NCBI GenBank assembly: GCA_964343275.1
Contig: CAYFIY010000002.1
Span: 1-60,905, forward strand
DNA length: 60,905 nucleotides
Origin: Candidatus Hadarchaeota archaeon
Lineage (GTDB): Archaea > Hadarchaeota > Hadarchaeia > Hadarchaeales > Hadarchaeaceae
Direction of reading: 5' to 3'
Shown here: positions 57,189 through 60,905 of the stretch, piece by piece
Layout of the letters: each line of letters starts with the position of its first letter
Numbering within the stretch: position 1 is the first letter of the stretch
Made by a program: the position numbers and the translations under genes
Notes under the pieces: generated by a model
The model's database searches: none
What the model saw: only the letters and a program-made list of their open reading frames with translations
What the model was told of the DNA's origin: nothing

Positions 57189-58606
57189 TGGAAGTATTTT
57201 TTGGTCTGCTTAGTTTAATTCTAATCGGGGTAGGGATTCTTTCGCCCACTCTCGACTACACCATCCTGAAGGGCAGGAAATTTGTCTCTCCGTGGATGAC
57301 AATAGCAGTACTCCTTCTTTCAGGCGTTATTTTGGCTTATCTGGGCGCAGTGAGTATTGGCCAACCAACAGTAGCCATCTTCGGAGGCCTAATGAAAGTT
57401 GGTTTTTTTGAAATTTTTCTTTCACTCCTCACAACGCTTGGAGCCGTGTTTGTTGCAGTGGCTTCCCTTATGGGGGTAAAAAATTGGGGGACATCCCCTA
57501 GTTTTTACTCTCTCCTGACCATCGCCGTTGTGGGTGCTTACTATCTAATCGCTGCACATGACTTCGTGTTGTTATTCGGGACATGGGCATTGGTGTCGGT
57601 GATTTCCTACGTGATGGTTGGAATTAAAAAAGATGATAGTTCTGTAGAGGGAGCGGTGAAATACTCGTTGATGGGTATACTCGCTTCGGTCTTAATCCTG
57701 TACGCTATCGCGATGGCTTATAGCCTGACTGGTTCAACGGACGTGGGCATGATTTCCAATATCTCATTGGGTGCCGAGAAACCTATCATAGTAGTGACTT
57801 CGTTGTTCTTCGTTTCGGCATTCGGCTTCAAGATAGGAATAGTGCCGTTCCACGGATGGCTCCCAGATATTTATGGCAGGGTACACCCGATGCTCGTCGC
57901 TTTTCTAACTGGAGTGGTATCGGTTTCGATTGGAGGGGTTTTGATAAAAATACTTTACCCCTTTGCCCCGCTTCTTGGGAGCCAATGGCCTCTATTGATC
58001 GGCTTGCTTTCAGTTTTCACGATGACGTTCGGAAATATCGTGGCATTGCTGCAAAAAAATCTTCAGATGATGATGGCCTACAGCAGCATTGCCCACATGG
58101 GCTACATACTAGTCGGAGTGGCAGCTGCGTTGAGCTCCAGTAAGGAACTTGCCGTTCAAGGGATAGGACTTCACTTTACAACTTACATTTTGGGGAGCGT
58201 TGGGATGTTTGTCTTCTTAGCGTTGTTGCTCAGGAAGGGGATGAGCCTTCAAATGATAGACTTGAAAGGGTTAGGAAGGAGGATGCCGATAGTGTCCATC
58301 GCAATATTGCTAATTCTCTTGAGCTTTATGGGGGTCCCCCCGTTGATTGGCTTCTGGAGCAAATTTTACCTCTTCACGTCGATAATCGCTGTTAGCCCGT
58401 GGCTCGCCCTTGCCGCGATAATCAACAGTGGGATATCCTTGGGATACTACATCCAGCCCATAAGGTACATGTTTTTCGGAGGAGGTTCAAAACTAGCGGA
58501 AGAGAGGCTCAGAGATCCAGATACTGCTATTGTCGTCCTGGTCGCGGTATTAACGATTGTTGCAGGCTTCCTACTTCCATCCATTGCAGCATATTTAGTA
58601 ATTTGA
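57185..58606 (+). CDS. nuoN: NuoN-like antiporter-like subunit
   Basis: 473 aa with GFKIGIVPFHGWLPDIYGRVHPM. It is the last gene of the cluster. Confidence 0.85.
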   Translation: MMEVFFGLLSLILIGVGILSPTLDYTILKGRKFVSPWMTIAVLLLSGVILAYLGAVSIGQPTVAIFGGLMKVGFFEIFLSLLTTLGAVFVAVASLMGVKNWGTSPSFYSLLTIAVVGAYYLIAAHDFVLLFGTWALVSVISYVMVGIKKDDSSVEGAVKYSLMGILASVLILYAIAMAYSLTGSTDVGMISNISLGAEKPIIVVTSLFFVSAFGFKIGIVPFHGWLPDIYGRVHPMLVAFLTGVVSVSIGGVLIKILYPFAPLLGSQWPLLIGLLSVFTMTFGNIVALLQKNLQMMMAYSSIAHMGYILVGVAAALSSSKELAVQGIGLHFTTYILGSVGMFVFLALLLRKGMSLQMIDLKGLGRRMPIVSIAILLILLSFMGVPPLIGFWSKFYLFTSIIAVSPWLALAAIINSGISLGYYIQPIRYMFFGGGSKLAEERLRDPDTAIVVLVAVLTIVAGFLLPSIAAYLVI

Positions 58607-59250
58607 TGCCGGCGATAAACCACGTCCCTGATGAAACTATACATCATTGGGCACAGGTTACATCCTTTCGGGTCACAACTCATATCTGGCGTGGACTATA
58701 CGTCTCTGGATTAATCGAGATATCGACCTAATTAGTACAGTTTCATCCTTTGATATTTTACTCTGAATATTTTCTTGCAGTCGGGGAATTCTATGACGTT
58801 TCATCGCACTCTATGCTCATAACTTATTGGCTGTCACCATCTATTTCACCTTGCTAGAGGCTTATAAGGGACTAACGTCGGAAAGTACCTTCTTGGGATC
58901 AAAGTCATAAAGACTGGCGGTTTGAAGGTAAGACTGGTTGAGGCAAGGATAAGAATCAGGGGTGAGATGGTTCTGCTTTCTTTTGATTTGCCGGTGGGCA
59001 TAATTTTTTATTGGAATAAGGTGTGCCTATAATTCTTTGATTATTTTACTGATATTATAAGGTAAATTGTGAAATCGCTAAAAAATGAGATTTCATAAAG
59101 ATCCAAAACTTATAATGGTCGAAGTTTACCATATTCGAAATTGGTCCATGGTGATTTTGAAGATTGCGCGCATTAAGCAAAAAAATACCTATTTCCTCGC
59201 TAGTTTCAATCAAAAATGGTGTTTTCGTATATTCCAATTCCATGTTGAGT

Positions 59251-59706
59251 CTAGGAAGCTTTCCAGCGCGTGAAGTTAGCTCCTCTCCAGTAGACCATCA
59301 GCTCTGGCTTAACTTTAATAACTACATCTTGAGGGGTGTATAGAAGTCGCGTCTCTAGTTTTTCCATCTGAACAAATTTGGGATATTTATTCACAAGCTT
59401 TTCTACTATCTCCCGATATTTTTCGATGTCGAGAATTATGGCGGTGCCCTGAATCATGACACCATAGTTCAAGAAGGGGTTAACTTGGTTTCGAACGTCA
59501 ACTGTCAGGGATACAGAGCTGTTAGACTCTAGAATTTCAACTTTCTTTGAGCGATGGGAAGACAACAGAAAAATTTTGTTGTTGTTCATGTCATAGAAGA
59601 AAAACATGGGGACAACGTGAGGCTCGAGGCCGTCAAACGCGCTGCAAAGATAGGCGAATTTGGCCTCCATTAGGATAGTTTTAATTTGCGGTGGAACTTC
59701 TTCCAT
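59251..59706 (-). CDS. Pyridoxamine 5'-phosphate oxidase-like FMN-binding split-barrel protein
   Basis: 151 aa with AYLCSAFDGLEPHVVPMFFFYD...IFLLSSHRSKKVEIL..SVSLTVD. Confidence 0.65.
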   Translation of the reverse strand: MEEVPPQIKTILMEAKFAYLCSAFDGLEPHVVPMFFFYDMNNNKIFLLSSHRSKKVEILESNSSVSLTVDVRNQVNPFLNYGVMIQGTAIILDIEKYREIVEKLVNKYPKFVQMEKLETRLLYTPQDVVIKVKPELMVYWRGANFTRWKAS

Positions 59707-59715
59707 TTAAACACT

Positions 59716-60852
59716 TCAGGTCGGGAGTGAAATTAGTTTTGCTTTCTTCCAATACAATATATTTTCAACCTCTAATCTGATTAATAACCTGCTGAAAAGG
59801 AATGTCGCTCTCCAAGCCGTAGGTAGTAAATGCCCTTTTTCTTGATATTTTCGGATGTATTCGGGATATTTGTTATGAAAAAGTCTCCTTAATCGTAGCA
59901 ATAAAATTGGGTGTGATAACGCTTGAGAAAGACCGTATACAGTAGCTTTTCCCTTCAAAAGCGTGGCGCGATTGTTCATCGGTTCCTGCGGATCCCGAAT
60001 ATCTATAAGAATTGCCGCGTTTTGGTTTTCTCTGACATTTTTGAGTTTTTTTGAAACTTTTGATGTAATTATATAAGCAGATCTACCATCAAAAACGTAG
60101 ATAACCGGTGTCACATGAGGCTGTCCGCGCTTGGTTGATGTTCCAAAGTAAGCAAACCTGCCAGTTTTCAGAAGATCTCTCACTTCATCAGGGAAAAGGG
60201 GGACTTTTCTGAGTTGTAATATAGATGTAAAGCTAAGAATGACAATTATAATGGCGTAGCTAACTAGAAAGGTGTATAGTAGGAAATCAGATATTACTAC
60301 TGGCAGAAGTAAAAATGCTGGAAAAGCCATAACCATGTTTGTCAAGTCAGTCTTTTCCAAGTAATCTAGACTACCATAAGGTACATGTCCTCCCCTTATT
60401 CTCACTCTGTTTTTCATCATAGTTGATCTAAAGAGAGACAAGAGGGAAGTCCATAAGCCCAACCCAACTCGATAGGATACCTCCCAAAGTAACAAAAGGC
60501 TCAGCGCTAGAGGCAAAATGTTCGAGGTTCCCCCAAACCAGTAATTCAAATTTTCTCTTCCAAAAAATAAGATGTAATAAGCAAGTAAAAGCGTGAACAA
60601 GGACCCTGCTGCAGCCTCATAATGCTTTGGACTAAATATGAGGTCTCTATATTTTGATATGATCCCGTGGTCTTCAGGATTTTGCGGCAGCTTTGCCTCT
60701 TTTAGCGGGAGGCTTATGCGGTGAGCAACTGCGCTCCACATAACAACAGCGATAATGGCTAGGGTGCCAAGGATTGCACTCCGCAATGGCAAGGAAAAAA
60801 TAACGACACATAACAGCCCCACAATTTCCATTATTACCAACTGTGTAATCAA
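59716..60852 (-). CDS. Membrane domain fused to a PNPOx-like split-barrel domain
   Basis: 378 aa. The N-terminal ~210 aa carry about 6 hydrophobic helices. The C-terminal part reads FAYFGTSTKRGQPHVTPVIYVFDGRSAYIITSKVSKKLKNVREN. Confidence 0.6.
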   Translation of the reverse strand: MITQLVIMEIVGLLCVVIFSLPLRSAILGTLAIIAVVMWSAVAHRISLPLKEAKLPQNPEDHGIISKYRDLIFSPKHYEAAAGSLFTLLLAYYILFFGRENLNYWFGGTSNILPLALSLLLLWEVSYRVGLGLWTSLLSLFRSTMMKNRVRIRGGHVPYGSLDYLEKTDLTNMVMAFPAFLLLPVVISDFLLYTFLVSYAIIIVILSFTSILQLRKVPLFPDEVRDLLKTGRFAYFGTSTKRGQPHVTPVIYVFDGRSAYIITSKVSKKLKNVRENQNAAILIDIRDPQEPMNNRATLLKGKATVYGLSQALSHPILLLRLRRLFHNKYPEYIRKYQEKGHLLPTAWRATFLFSRLLIRLEVENILYWKKAKLISLPT

Positions 60853-60905
60853 TGCCCAAAATCTTGAAAGGTAGGAGAAAGGGGGAATGCGGTCAAGGAT
60901 AAACT

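Noticed and set aside
1-60905. Scan for CRISPR arrays, rRNA genes, IS elements or transposases, integrases, long direct or inverted repeats, and toxin-antitoxin or defence cassettes.
   Set aside because: I could recognise none by eye. The only mobile-element-like gene is the isolated LAGLIDADG ORF. A computational repeat search could still find short or degenerate repeats that I missed.

Overview
This window is an archaeal chromosomal segment. The evidence is a set of archaeal-type information-processing genes: aIF5B, S6e, aIF2-gamma, RpoE'/Spt4, PheRS alpha/beta, GatE, Orc1/Cdc6, Pelota, archaeal DnaG, TyrRS and a PriS-like protein. It is densely coded on both strands. I saw no rRNA, CRISPR array or recognisable IS element, and I cannot assign a lineage from sequence alone. 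Two regions stand out from ordinary housekeeping content. (1) 28978-37255, minus strand: an operon for a Tat-exported NarG/NarH-like type II molybdoenzyme with a TorD/NarJ-like chaperone. It has no haem-b gamma subunit. In that position it encodes an orphan protein, a membrane protein fusing a CuA-type cupredoxin domain to a NapH/NosH/CcoG-like polyferredoxin domain, and a second small CuA-type cupredoxin. (2) 45879-58606, plus strand: 21 translationally coupled genes. A complete MbhA-I-like Mrp module is joined to NuoABCDHIJK+N, with two extra antiporter-like subunits and two paralogous stand-alone lateral-helix proteins. It lacks NuoEFG and has no NiFe ligands. Smaller oddities are listed here. 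A tRNA-Pro carries a D-loop insert. A PriS-like protein has all catalytic acidic residues substituted and sits beside a free-standing LAGLIDADG protein that also has a substituted catalytic residue. Degraded MinD-like fragments flank a nitroreductase gene. Two genes have conserved N-terminal motifs upstream of any ATG/GTG/TTG. A tiny zinc-ribbon ORF has TGA at a Cys position. All functional calls come from motif recognition by eye. No database search was run, so novelty claims are hypotheses to test.
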